From positions 45,384,001-45,448,000 of the forward strand of contig OZ024740.1 in assembly GCA_964016885.1 (NCBI GenBank): DNA of 64,000 bases. The letters run 5' to 3'. The translations under genes and the position numbers were made by a program. The notes under the pieces were generated by a model. It worked only from the letters and a program-made list of their open reading frames with translations, was not told the origin of the DNA and searched no databases. Source of the stretch: Eledone cirrhosa (taxonomy: Eukaryota). Within the stretch, counting starts at the first letter, position 1. Each line of letters begins with the position of its first letter. This document shows positions 24,448 to 37,808 of the stretch, in pieces.

Positions 24448-25585
24448 AATAATAATAATGAAATTATTGTGTGCAGTGCTCAGGTGCACTACAACTCATC
24501 AAAGGTGTATGTATAGTACATAGAATAATATACAAATGTCAGGGAAGTGAATAGTGTATGAGTCATGATATACATGTGTGCATGTGTATGGGGGGGTGGG
24601 GGGGAATATTAGGTGTAGTGTTGGCGAATCTCAGGAAGCATGGAGATGTTGAAGGATGCAGTGTCTCGACAGCTAACAACTGATGCAAGTAGTTTGTTCC
24701 ATGCTTCAGCAACTCTGAGCGTGAAAAAATGTTTCCGAAAGTCATGGGAACTGTGCTGTTTTGTGACTTTGTGGGCATGCCCACGTGTGTTAGACACATG
24801 GAAATCAAAAAGGTACTCAGGGTTATTGTTGACAAGATGGTTAATAATTTTGTGGGTATTTGCCAAGTCAGTTGCCAGACGTCGGAGCTTCAATGAATCC
24901 ATGCCCAGGGAATCAAGGCATTCAGAGTATGGTAGATGCCTGATGGAGGGTATTCGCTTGGTTGCACGTCTCTGAACAGTTTCCAGGCAGTCAATGTTCT
25001 GAGAAAGATAGGGGTTCCAGACTGGTGATGCAAATTTTAAGTGTGGCCACACCATAGCTATATACAGCCTTAAATAGATAGGTGGAGAGCGGCTGACAAA
25101 GGTCTTGCTGAGTGATGCTAAGACACCCTTGGCTTTCTTGACAATTTTAGAGACGTACTTCGTCCAACACAAATTGCTGCTGACAGTAATGCCCAGGTCA
25201 CATTCACAAGAAGACTTCTTGATATTAGTGTTGTGAAGGGAGTATGTGGACACTGGGTTTTTACTCCCAAAATGCATGGTGGTACACTTGTCACAGCTAG
25301 CTTGAGTTGCCAGTCTGAGATCCATTGTTGCATTGTGTCCAGGTCAGATTGCAGGAAAGATCTATAGTGTTCAGGATCTGTCCTTTTTATCTCAAGGTAC
25401 AGCTTGATGTCATCTGCATATTTCAGTACTGTGGCATTCTTTAAGTTGGCATCTATGTCATTAATATATGCCACAAACAAAATGGGGCCAAGAACAGATC
25501 CCTGCGGTACACCAGATGACATCTCATAAGGTGAAGAATGCTGTCCTAGAACCATGACTACCTCTCTTTGACTGAGAATGAAGGC
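24448..25585 (-). mobile_element. CR1-like LINE, 5'-truncated, frameshifted
   Basis: SGVPQGSVLGPILF..YADD motifs, 3' UTR and (ATT)n tail. Confidence 0.92.
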
Positions 25586-27243
25586 AAATCTAAGGCCCTG
25601 CACTTAATGGCAAGGGGTTGTATGGCTGTCTTTCTGTTTTCTTGGGTTTCAGAGGTAGGAAGGCAGCACGACTGTTTGGTGATAGATGGGGGATTTACAT
25701 GCATGTGGGTTCTTTTGTGTTTTGTAATATTTGTCACTCAGATGTTTATAGTCATCACCTTGGACAGTGTCAGCAGTAGCCACAACCCTTCACCAAGTCC
25801 ATTGTGCCCTACTGATGTTTCTGGTACAATATATATTTACTATAGTTAAAAGATGTGTGCAGAGGGGTTTGTATCATGAGGATGATAACTCCCACCTACC
25901 AAGTTGACATCACAAGGTATGCTGGTAAGTATGGGAGGATTTGAAATGGCATCCAGGATGTTCAACAAGGTAAAAGTCTGTTTAGGCTATGTAAAGAAGA
26001 AGGAGAAGTATATACAGGTTTAGGTACAGTAGCAATAATAATTCCACAGTACAAAGTCCACATTTTACAAGTAACCATCTAGGAAGTAATAACATTTGAG
26101 ACAATACTTAGGAGAGTTATTAATGAGTTTTAGATACAATAATATTCATTTCAGGCTGCTAGGATCTAGAAGATAAGATTACACACTAAAGTTTAGTTTT
26201 AAATCTAGAAGCTTTGTTGGTTACATACATTTCGCTGGAAAGTAGAGTCCTACTTTCAACTTCTCTCACATATTTTGACAGGCGCTCCCTGCTTGACAAT
26301 ATTAATATTGCCACTAACTGGTGAAATACTGTCGTCTCTTTCTCTGGACTAGCCATGACTTGACTAAGTGACCCAATTCTACACATCTGCCAAAAATTCT
26401 TTTTTTTTCACCTCCTCTCTTATTCCTTTAAAAAAAAATTATTGTATACCTGAAAAAGTTTGCTGGGGTTAAATTGAAACCACTTCAGCTCACAGTTGGA
26501 TCTCTACCTCATTAATATATATATGTACATTTTTGTTGCTTTGACCATGATGGTACACACATACATTGTCAGTAATTAAACACTTTTTATATGTTGTATA
26601 CAATTGATCCTGATGATTTCTCTATAAAAGTATTGAACACAATATTTTTAGAGAATGAAACATATGTAGATCAAATAAATGTATTAATTGTTGAACCTTG
26701 GCAATCTATTTCTTGTGTTTAGTGTATATATATATGGTCAAAGTGGAAGTATTTACCTTTACAAATAAAGTGAAAGTTTTTAATAATGAAAGCATTCAGT
26801 GTCACCAGAGAAAACAACAAAATATTTCTCTATGAAAACACTTTCACTTTTCTTTGTAACAAAAGCTCCTACTTTATGACCCCAGGAACGAAAATGTGCC
26901 ACAACAGTGAAACAGTCAAATGCTACAAAACCTGAGCCTGAGTTGCTAAGTTCTTCGAAATTAAGACATGTTTGAATCCTAAATAAGATTTATCAAATAA
27001 TCAGAATAGCTGTGTGATAAAATATCCCATTTTTCTTTTTACTTATTAATGTAGAAAAAAAACTAATATATATATCCAATATGAATTACAGAGGAATGAA
27101 TGAATGTGATATTTGTATGTTTATACATAAATGTGAATGTATGTGGAACCAAATTATGAATACCGTGTTTAGGCATAATCATTTGTATTAAAGACATGTC
27201 TTCTTAATGTCAGAAATAATATATTTAGCACAAGGAATCATTT

Positions 27244-27748
27244 CAGGAAGAACCCACTAGTACACACTTCTAAACAGGAAGAACCCACTATCACACACTT
27301 CTAAACAGGAAGTACCCACTATCACACACTATTACACAATTCTAAACAGGAAGTACCCACTATCACACACTTCTAAACAGGAAGTACCCACTATTACACA
27401 CTTCTAAACAGGAAGAACCCACTATTACACACTTCTAAACAGGAAGTACCCACTATTACACAATTCTAAACAGGAAGAACCCACTATTACACAATTCCAA
27501 ACAGGAAGTACCCACTATTACACACTTCTAAACAGGAAGAACCCACTATTACACAATTCCAAACAGGAAGAACCCACTATTACACAATTCTAAACAGGAA
27601 GTACTCACTATCACACACTTTTAAACAGGAAGAACCCACTATTACACAATTCTAAACAGGAAGAACCCACTATTACACACTTCTAAACAGGAAGAACCCA
27701 CTATTACACAATTCTAAATAGGAAGAACCCACTACCACACAATTCCAA
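27244..27748. repeat. 31-bp minisatellite (TCTAAACAGGAAGAACCCACTATTACACACT), about 16 copies
   Basis: Direct inspection; period 31. Confidence 0.95.
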
Positions 27749-27931
27749 AGAGCTTAGAATCAGGAGTTTTTCTCTACATCATTACATTAGATTAATTTTA
27801 ATAAAAATGGGATATTTTATTACATAGCTCATCTTGTTTGATAAATCCTGTTATTGGTTTTCTGAAATATTTCTATGCTCATTTCTCACTACATGGTGAC
27901 CTTGACATGATTAGTAATGACTGCGTATATA

Positions 27932-27970
<39 letters not shown>

Positions 27971-29202
27971 CTAGATAGATAGATAGATAAATTTATTTCC
28001 GCCCTGCCCGTCTCCTCAATCTTTCTATTTCTTCTTTAATTTCTCATTCTTTCTTCTGATGATGGACTAGCGTCCAAAACGTTAAGACTCTTTTCTTACT
28101 ATATCAAGCAAAAAACTAATAATATAGTTCTTCATTGCACTGTGTCATTTGCTTTGTTATTTCTGTTTGCCTTTTGCATATATATACATATATGTATCAC
28201 TACATATGCTTTTACTTTAAACATGAATGAAAACCTTAGATTATTTTTAACTCTAGATCAGCCCTAATCAAACAGACCTCTGATTATAAGCATTCCAGTT
28301 GTGACTGTCTTACACCCACCCTTTTTTTTAAATATAAAGTGGCATTGTTAAGGATCGCTAAATTCTGAAGTTGTAGTGGTGGGTTCCCAATTATGGAGCA
28401 GTAAATGTACATGTATAATATCAGAAAGCCAGAAACACAGAAGTCACTAAATTGTAGTATAAAATGTGTGCAGGAAGAGAATATCAGAAAGGTTTAAAAC
28501 ACTGTTAGATGACAAACAAGAATATTGTAAACATAAGAATTTGATTTATTTTATCATACATATAACATTGGCAGTATTGGTAGAGGGTCAGACATGCTTT
28601 CCAGCGTAGTTACGTCCCTTTACGATCGGAGGTTAACTTTGCCTTTCATCCTTACAGGGTCGATAAAATAAAGTACCAGTAATACACTGGTAAATTGCTG
28701 GCCTAGTGCCAAAAGTAGAAACAATTATTATATAGACAAGTAAATAATAATTCCAATAGAATAATGAATTGTGATGAGTGTGTTTGTTTTGGTAAAAGTG
28801 TTAATGAATGCTGAGTTAACTGTTAAATATGTTGTAAAAGCTTCTTTCTTTGTATCACTGGCATGCAATATTAGTATGTTGAAAGAATGTGTTTGAGTTC
28901 AAATCCCGTCGAGGTTAACTTTGCTTTTCATCCTTACGGGGTCGATAAAATAAAGTACCAGTAATGTACTGGGTAATTGCTGGCCTTGTGCCAAAAGTAG
29001 AAACAATTATTACATATAGGAAAGTACTTGCTAGATACTATTCTAACTGGTGTAGAACCATGAGAAAATGAGTATTTCCTCTGCTGATCTAGAGTGTTTA
29101 AGTTTTTTTCATAACTTATTATCACACAGCCATAATTTCTGAAAAGTTCTTAATATAGGCAAGGACGTGCCACATGTATCAAACAAGGGGCTGTTTACTC
29201 AG

Positions 29203-29266
<64 letters not shown>

Positions 29267-31441
29267 TAAAAATAGAGTGAGAATTTGATGAGGGACAAGA
29301 CAAATCCTCCTCCTTAGTGTGTCCCAAGGTAGGTTGAGTCTATTCTATAATACTTCACAAATATAAGGTGAGCGAAAATAAAACCCTGGGAAAGACTGGA
29401 ATTTCAGTGTTTTTTTCATTATACCCTTAGAGATGTTTATACTGTTATAAATATATTACATTTTACAGCATTTAAATAAAATGTGATTATTTTCCTGGAT
29501 TCACTGTCCCCTGTGTCTTTCACTGGCACCTTATAAAAAGCTTGTCAATTAACCATTAATTTAGTTTGATTTAGAATAGGTATATCATTTAAAAAGGCCT
29601 TCTTGTGTGTTGTTTGTGTTTTGATATCTTATTTCTTATTTTCAATTATTTTTTATATTGTGTCTTCCATTTTCATGTCAATAATAAATAATATATATCA
29701 AAAGAGCTTGCTTGTAGACTCTGACTGGAAATTTCAATGGGAACCCTGTGCAAAACTATTTCACTAGAAAATCAAACTTCATTTGAGTCTCTTTAAATAT
29801 TGTGGTCTCCTGGATTCTGCTCAGTCAATCTCTCCCCTCCCAAACCGACACTGGCTGTAGATTAAATCAGTAAAAGTGTTAAAGGGTTAGTGAATATCAA
29901 TTGAATAATTTTATCACACAAAAGGGTGGTGAGTTGGCAGAAACGTCAGAGCATCGGATAAAATGTTTCATGATATTTGTTCCTGCTCCTTATATTTTGA
30001 GTTCAAATCCTGCTGAGGTCAACTTTGCCTTTCATCCTACTGGGAGTCAATAAAATAAAGTACCAGTCAAGTACTGGGATTGATTTAATCGTCTCCTTCC
30101 ATCCCCTCTCTCTATTGCTCTACCTGTTAGAAACTGAAAATACCCCGATAATTACACATCTTTACAACAACAACAAAAAAATACTTAATTGCATCACAAA
30201 CATCTATGGCAAATCAAGCTCTATGCTTTGCAGCACCAAACAAACTGGTATTTGGATTGACAGTATCGGTAGAGTTGGATGCCATGCTTTGCAACATTGA
30301 GTTACGGTCCTTTACGGTCTGAGTTCAAATCCCGCCGAGGTTAACTTGCCTTTCATCCTTACGGGGTCGATAGAATAAAACACCAGTAATGCAGTGGAGT
30401 CGATTTAAAAAAATAAAATTACAGGCCTTGTGCCTATACTAGAAATCATTAATTTAAGTTTGGACTAAATGCACCTCAAACACAGTCATCGTGCAGTTAC
30501 CTCCCTTGATAGATAACATTTATTTTTGTCACAAACGAGAAGGAAGGGTGGTAACTCATCCTTGTTTTTGTTAATGAATGTGGAAGACGACTTCACCCTA
30601 AAATTGCCCAAACGATTGTTGGACAATCATTGTGTTTAACGTACCATTTCCCTTGTGGGCGTAGAAGAAATATCAATGACTCAGCATAAATACAAAATAA
30701 GTAAATTCTTCCTCGGCCATCAAACAAACTGAGTGAATAGAATGGACCTCCGTCAGTTTCTACGATGTGTTCCAGTTGTTCGATCCACGGAACAGCTTGC
30801 TTATGAAATCAGCGTGTAAGTGGCCGATCATTCCATAGACACGTGTATCCATAACGTAAGGGTTAGAGAGATTCAGTGTGACTAGGCTGACTCTTTCAAT
30901 TACAGATACAGTTCAACTGACGGGCTTCCAAATAGTTTCTGTCTACCCAATTTCACTCAAAAGGCTCCAATCGACCCGAAGCTATGGTAAATGACACTTG
31001 CCTAAAACACCATGCAGTGGGATCGAACCTGGGTCCTAATGAGTGCAAACCGAAACTCTTTAACATTTCACCATGCTGTATCTACAAACAGACTAATACT
31101 AGTTTAAAGTTTGACAATGTGTTTAAATGGTACATTACACATCAAAATTAGTGAACCTTCCAATGTGGCTTACAAATCCTTAAATTATCTATATATTTCG
31201 TATTAATTAATCCATTACCCACATTTTAATTAGTTAAATTATCATTGGGTGGTAGATATAATCTGTCAACCAGTTTAAGGGTATACTCTACCCATTGGGT
31301 GCCTTTAGTGGTGTCCTCTCTGTTGCAAACATTTGGACCAGGTCTTGGATTTCAGTATACCTTCCTACCTTCCTCCAGTCTCAGAGGCCTTGAGCAGCGT
31401 CATAGGCACTGCTTTCCATCCCCACTAATTGATGAAAACAG

Positions 31442-31487
<46 letters not shown>

Positions 31488-31491
<4 letters not shown>

Positions 31492-31685
31492 TTAATATAG
31501 AAGAGCTTCTACAGGACTAGAACTGTTTCATTCGTGAGAAATCATCAGGGAGCCCCCTGATGATTTCTCATGAATGAAACAGTTGCAGTCCTGTAGAATC
31601 TCTTCTATATTAAAACTTTTATACTCTGCTATGTATTGAGTACCTTACTTACTGTGGTTACCTCCGATTTAACCTGGAATAACAT
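31488..31685 (+). mobile_element. Penelope-like pseudo-LTR fragment with inverted duplication and hammerhead-like cores
   Basis: 63-bp arms (31488-31550 / 31555-31617, 4 mismatches). CTGATGA...GAAAC on both strands. Flanked by (TA)n. Confidence 0.6.
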
Positions 31686-32114
31686 ATATATATATATATT
31701 TATATACCACTTGCCTGAGTCCCGACACGAGCAAACAACAATTCACAAGATAAGCTTCAGCTGAACATCCAAGCAGTCATTCCAGCCAGCCATCATACAC
31801 ATATACATGTATACTAAAAAGTCCATATTAGTAGCATGACAAAAGTCCGTTCACCATGTTAGTCAATCTGGTCTGTCATTGTGTCGTTTCTCCCTTTTCT
31901 TGTTGTCCTGCTTCCTTTGGTTTTCAATATCAATGCTTACATCATGGATTAGCTTCTGCCATATTGGTCTATTATCGACATAATGCCTCCAGCAGTGAAG
32001 AATGTTTCCTTTTTTCAATATATATATATATATATGTATATGCATTTGATCAGATGCAAGCATGGCGGTGTGATTAAAACAGTTGTCCCAGACTGTGTGC
32101 CTTTAGACACTGGT

Positions 32115-32345
32115 GTACTGCCAGATGAAATTAGTTGTACTGCCAGATGTAAATAGGTATACTGCCAGATATAATTTGGTGTGTGGCCAGTTGTAATTTA
32201 GTGTGTTGCCAGATGTAATTAGGTGGATTTCCAGATGTAAATAGGTGTACCGCCAAATTTAATTAGGTGTGCTGCCAGATATAAATAGGTGTGTTGCCAA
32301 ACATAAATAGATAGACTGCCAGATGTAATTATGTGCACTGCCGTT
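32115..32345. repeat. About 22-bp diverged tandem repeat (ACTGCCAGATGTAAATAGGTGT)
   Basis: Direct inspection. Confidence 0.85.
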
Positions 32346-32975
32346 TGTAAAAGAAGCTGTGAAAAAGCAAGATTCTATTTCAAAATGTAAAAAATACAAA
32401 TTGAAATTTTTAATAAAGTCTATATATAACAGTCAAAATGGGAAACAACTAAACTTGATAACATTGCTCCATTTATTGACTAAAGAAGGAAGTACAAATA
32501 ATGTTTCTGTATTTCTAATTATTTATATTTCCACCTTGTACTATGTTAATGTGTATTAATATCTCTTTTAAATAAATTTTCCATTTTAAATCTGAAATAC
32601 ACCAAAATATGTTTACTTGTTCTAAAGTGTGCAGTGGATAAAAATAGCTTGTGTATCTGTCTTCTAATATAACTTCTTGTGAATATAATTTGGTAGACAG
32701 AAACTGTGAAAAAGTCTGTTGTGTATGTGTACATACCATATTTTTGGAATATAAAGCACGTATAAGAAGCATTTTTATTTTGAAGAAAAACAAAATTGGA
32801 AAAAAATTATTGTAGCATCTAATATTTTTATTTGGTAAGAACCAAACTTGTAAAAAAAAAAGTAGTGGGATAGATATCATCAACTAAATCCCAGCAGGGC
32901 CACATTCTAAGGACTAAAATCAGTAAAAGACTATAAGAATAAGTGTACTGAATCAAGGCTGATCTTGATCTAGAC

Positions 32976-34282
32976 CACAGGTTCTCAACCCATTTAGGCC
33001 AAACGCCCCTTTTTGTCCCTCGAAATCACGAAACGCCCCTACCCTATTTTTCCATTTTTCAATATACTACTGATTTTGATATCAGTAGATTACTAAAAAA
33101 TTGATTAACAATATTCCAAAGATACCATTGCAGGCAGCTGAGAGTATAAATACATTCCTTGAAAGGAAATATATAAATTTCAAAAAAAAGAACATAAATG
33201 TTCTTTTTTATGAATAAGGACCAGTTGAATTTGTTATATCCCACCAGGTGATACCAGCTATTTTGAACATTTATACAAGAGCAACTCTGTCTATCCCAAG
33301 AGTGCTCTTATCTGGAAGAAAGTGGCAATTATATCATTTCAAAGCTTTCCAATGTTCCCTTTAATGAAATGGACAGAATAAATGTTGATATTTAACTTGA
33401 TGTCCCCTCTGCTTTGTGAGCTTAGAGACCACGGAAAAGGGTTTTCATGACCACGCTGGAGGATATATTTATTAATAAATGGTAAAATATATACAACAAA
33501 TGAGTAAGTGAATTGTAGTAGATGGTTTCCAGTCCAGTCAGACTGCAACTACAAATAAAAAAATTATTAGTTTGCTTTGTAACAATAGCATATCCAAGTT
33601 TTCGAATAAATTAACTTACTTTAACTTTGACCTCATTTCAATGGGACCCTTGAGCTTCATGGAGTCTAGCTAACTCATTGACGTGAGGCTGAATTTTCCT
33701 AAGATGTAGCCAGAGATCTCCACGTGTAATTACATTGTAGTGGTTGCGAGACTTACTGTGCAGTCTGGAAACAGCACCAAACCTCCTCTCGACTAAGTAT
33801 GAGCTTGGAAAAGGCAAAGCAAATCTCTTAGCCTCTGCATGTAGATGTGGAAATTAACGCTGAATTTCCTCTTGCATCACAAAAAGGGGTTCACCTATTT
33901 TGGGAAATCTAATTTTGATCATGTCATCTGCTTGAGTTCAATGAATTCTTCTTGAAATTTAACGTCCAAATCGTTGACATTAGCTATGAAGGGATCTGCT
34001 ATCCACATTGGGATGTCCATCGGCAAAAGGTCGACAAACCGTTCTCTCATGTTGTCTTGTAGTGGTATAAATTTGGAGTTGGTCATCGCTTACAATGTTT
34101 TGAACTAGAAAAATTATAGAATTCCCGTCAACAAAGATTCCTTTTGATGACATTCAATTTGGCCAGGAATGTTTTCACAGCATTCCTTGCTTTAAGCAAG
34201 GTGATCTTATTCCCTGCAAAGCCAAAATGACGCTATTGCATTTGTCAAAGATGTTGGTGAGGTAGGCGCAATCTTGCCTCTC
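32976..34282 (-). mobile_element. hAT Buster/Charlie transposon 3' half (dimerisation domain)
   Basis: Manual translation: AYLTNIFDK...RFVDLLPMDIPMWIADPF...QEEFIELK...LPFPSSYLVER/FGAVS...RGDLWLHL..IQP...AQGSH*. Terminus CACAGGTTCTCAAC preceded by ATCTAGAC. Confidence 0.8.
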
Positions 34283-34359
34283 GCCAAAAATTGTTGGCCT
34301 TGTGCTTAGATCAAATAATAATTATTATTTTATTAGTTTTCTAGTCCTGATCAAGAGTA

Positions 34360-37300
34360 TCAATGACAAGCCGAGTGACTTCTGTTACATGTCATGCAAT
34401 AATAAATAAATAGACTATATATCGTTTTCGAACTCAACTCATTTTCGAACTCAACTGAGGCACGTTCATACCTTGTAGCCTCTGATAAAGCTAGGCGTGA
34501 AAGTCGGATTGCTTTCCGAACACGCCCTGGTCTTCCACCTGATGTCCGCCCAAAGTTGCATGCTGCAGCTTCCTTAAATCGCAGCTCAGCAGAACATGAA
34601 AGCTTCAGCCTACAAAATGATGGGCAGATATGGAAGTTTGCTAAGGCTGGTGAAACATGGAAAAGAGATACCAGCTGGTCTGAAAACACTGTACCCACAA
34701 CAACTGACAATAAAGAAACTGAAAAAACTCTGGGAAACTAAATCAGAACAACCTGCCATCCCCTGCACATAATCATATACTGGAATCAAAGTACAAATTG
34801 TTGTCCTTGAATGCACGTAGTCTATGCAATAAGATTCATATTTTTGACTCCTACGTCAAAAGTATCAACCCTGACTTCATTACAGTCACGGAAACTTGGG
34901 CACATCCTTTACTCTGTGATGGGGTTTTCAGCATAACTGGCTACAACCTGTTTCGTAAAGACCGCATTAATCGTCATGGTGGTGGTGTAATGGTTTACGT
35001 TCGGTCAAATTTGTCAGCAATTCCTTGTGTTGATTTGAACCAATCACAGCAGGAAGTTTTTTTCTGCGATATACGTATGACCATGACACTGCTACTTGGA
35101 GTTGTTTACCGTCCCCCAAATTACCATCAGGACACTCAACTTTGTGATATCCTCAGAGCTGCTGCCAGGAAAACAGCCACTTATGTTTTCATTGCAGAAG
35201 ACTTCAATCACCCTGAAATTGACTGGGAAACCTTTCGTTGGCCGCCAAGTGCAAATGACTTCCTTGAGCTAGTGCTGGACTCGAATTGGTCCCAAGTAGT
35301 CACCTCCCCAACAAGAGGTGACAACACTTTGGACCTACTCTTCACCACTACTCCTGAAACGGTCATTAGTGTTACTGCTGAGGAACCTTTAGGTGACTCT
35401 GATCATGCTATGATCATTGCCAATCTATCCCTCATGGGCAGTAACAAGAACCACAACCATCTCCAAACTGCTCACTTTGACTGGAATAAAGCAGACTGGA
35501 ACTGTTACTGCACAGAGTTGCAACGGCCAAACTGGCTTGAGTTCTATGACTCTGGAGATGTCAACACTGTACTCCAGAACATCCTGAGCTCAATATGGAC
35601 AGCATGTGCAGCATCGGTGCCACATAAGCGGAAAAAACATCCCAAAAGTGCAATTTGGGAGACTGCAGCAGTCCGTCTTGCCAGAAAAGAATGGCGCAAT
35701 GCTGAACGTGAGTACAAACTTCACAAATCAGACATTAATAGGAAGAGGCGAAGTAGATCGTCCAACCACCTCAAACAGGTGACAAAAAAGGCAGTGCTTC
35801 AATTTGAGCAGCGCATAGCAACCAGCCCTGACAGTAAGGTGTTCTGGAAGTATGTTCACTCAAAGCAGAGGCCTCACTCTCCAGTTGGTCCTCTTCACAA
35901 TCCCCACACAAGCCAGGTTACTGACAACCCCAAGGAATGCGCAGAGCTCATTGCTGAATGCTATGCAGGCATTTTCACTATTGAAGACCAGAGTGTATCA
36001 TCTCCACCACCTATGACACCGGACTCTATTACAACCATGGAATTTACACCTGCAATGCTGCGACGTCACCTAAAAATAAATGCAACCATGCCTCTCCTGG
36101 TCTTGATGGTGTTACATACCTGCTTCTTAAACGTGGTGGGTACTTCCTTCTGCACCACTTATCATGCTTCTTCCAATTCTGTCTGAACAACAGTGCTACT
36201 CCAGAACAGTGGAAAACTGCCAGTGTCATTCCTCTGTTCAAAAAGGGTGACCGCACATCACCTGTGAACTATCGTCCAGTCAGTCTTACTAGTTGCATTG
36301 CCAAACTGATGGAATCCTGTGTCAGAGAAACACTTTGGAACTTCTGGAACTCTCACAGTCTTATCCGGCCCTCGCAATTTGGATTTATCCCCAACTCCAG
36401 CTGCTGTGATCAACTTATCAAGTTTCTTGAAGACATCACCCAGATCACAGATGGCGGCTCATGGGTGGATGTTGTTTACCTTGACTTTGCGAAAGCCTTC
36501 AATTCTGTGCCACACAAAAGGCTTATGGCAAAACTCTGCAATGGGTGTGAAGGATGATCTTTTTAACTGGTTGAAGTCCTTCATTCTCAGTCGAAGAGAG
36601 GTAGTCACGGTTCTGGGACAGCATTCCTCACCATATGAGATGTCATCTGATGTACCACAGGGATCTGGTCTTGGCCCCCTTTTGTTTGTGGCATATATTA
36701 ATGACATAGATGCCAACTTAAAGAATTCCACAGTACTAAAGTACGCAGACATCCAGCTGTACCTTGAGATAAAAAGGACAGATCCTGAACACTATGGATC
36801 TTGCTTGCAGTCTGACCTGGACACAATGCAACAATGGATCACGGACTGGCAACTCAAGCTAGCTGTGGACAAGTGCAGCACCATGCATTTTTGGAGTAAA
36901 AACCCAGCGTCCACATACTCCCTCCACAGCACTAATATCAAGAAGTCTTCTTGTGAACGTGACCTGGGCATTACGGTCAGCAGCGATTTGCGTTGGACGA
37001 AGCACGTCTCTAAAATTGTCAAGAGGGCCGAGGGTCTCTTAGCATCACTCAGCAAGACCTTTGTCAGCCGCTCTCCAGCTATCTATTTAAGGCTGTACAT
37101 GGCTATGGTGCGGCCACACTTAGAATTTGCATCACCAGTCTGGAATCCCTATCTCGCTCAGAACATTGACCGCCTGGAAACTGTTCAGAGACGTGCAACC
37201 AAGCAAATACCCTCCATCAGGCATCTACCATACTCTGAGCACCTTGCTTCCCTGGGCATGGATACATTGAAGCTCCGACGTCTGGCAACTGACTTGGTAA

Positions 37301-37765
37301 ACACCCACAAAATTGTTAACCATCTTGCCAACAACAACCCTGAGTCATCATCATCATCGTTTAACGTCCATCTTCCACGCTTGCATTACCTTTTTGATTT
37401 CCATGTATCTAACACACGTGGGCATGCCAACAAACAGCACAGTTCCCATGACTTTCGGAAACATTTTTTCACGCTCAGAATTGTTGAAGCATGGAACAAA
37501 CTACCTGCATCTGCTGAAGCATGGAACAAACTACCTGCATCGCTTGTTAGCTGTTGAGACACTGCATCCTTTAAGGCCTCCATGCTTTCCGAGATTTGCC
37601 AACACTACACCTAATGTTCCCCCTCCATACACACATGTATATCATGACTCATACACTATTCACTTCCCTGACATTTGTGTATTATTCTATGTACTATACA
37701 TGCACCTTTGACGAGTTGTAGTGCACCTGAACACTTTACACAATAATTTCATTATCATTATCATA
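34360..37765 (+). mobile_element. CR1-like LINE, near full ORF2 (APE endonuclease + RT) with ORF1 3' end; disrupted by frameshifts
   Basis: LNARSL, ITVTETW, GGGVMVY, DFNHP, TLDL, SDH, NYRPVSLTS, QFGF, YLDFAKAF, VPQGS motifs. (ATT)n tail. Confidence 0.95.
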
Positions 37766-37808
37766 ATTTAACAAAAGTTCATACATACAGTTATGATGGG
37801 AGGTATAA

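Noticed and set aside
27244-27748. CRISPR-like array (also 56943-57550 and 60270-60690)
   Set aside because: Contiguous repeats without unique spacers, no cas genes, eukaryotic context.
22560-34282. The two hAT halves as one split element
   Set aside because: Their order is wrong for a single minus-strand element and the target flanks differ (GTCTAGAG vs ATCTAGAC).
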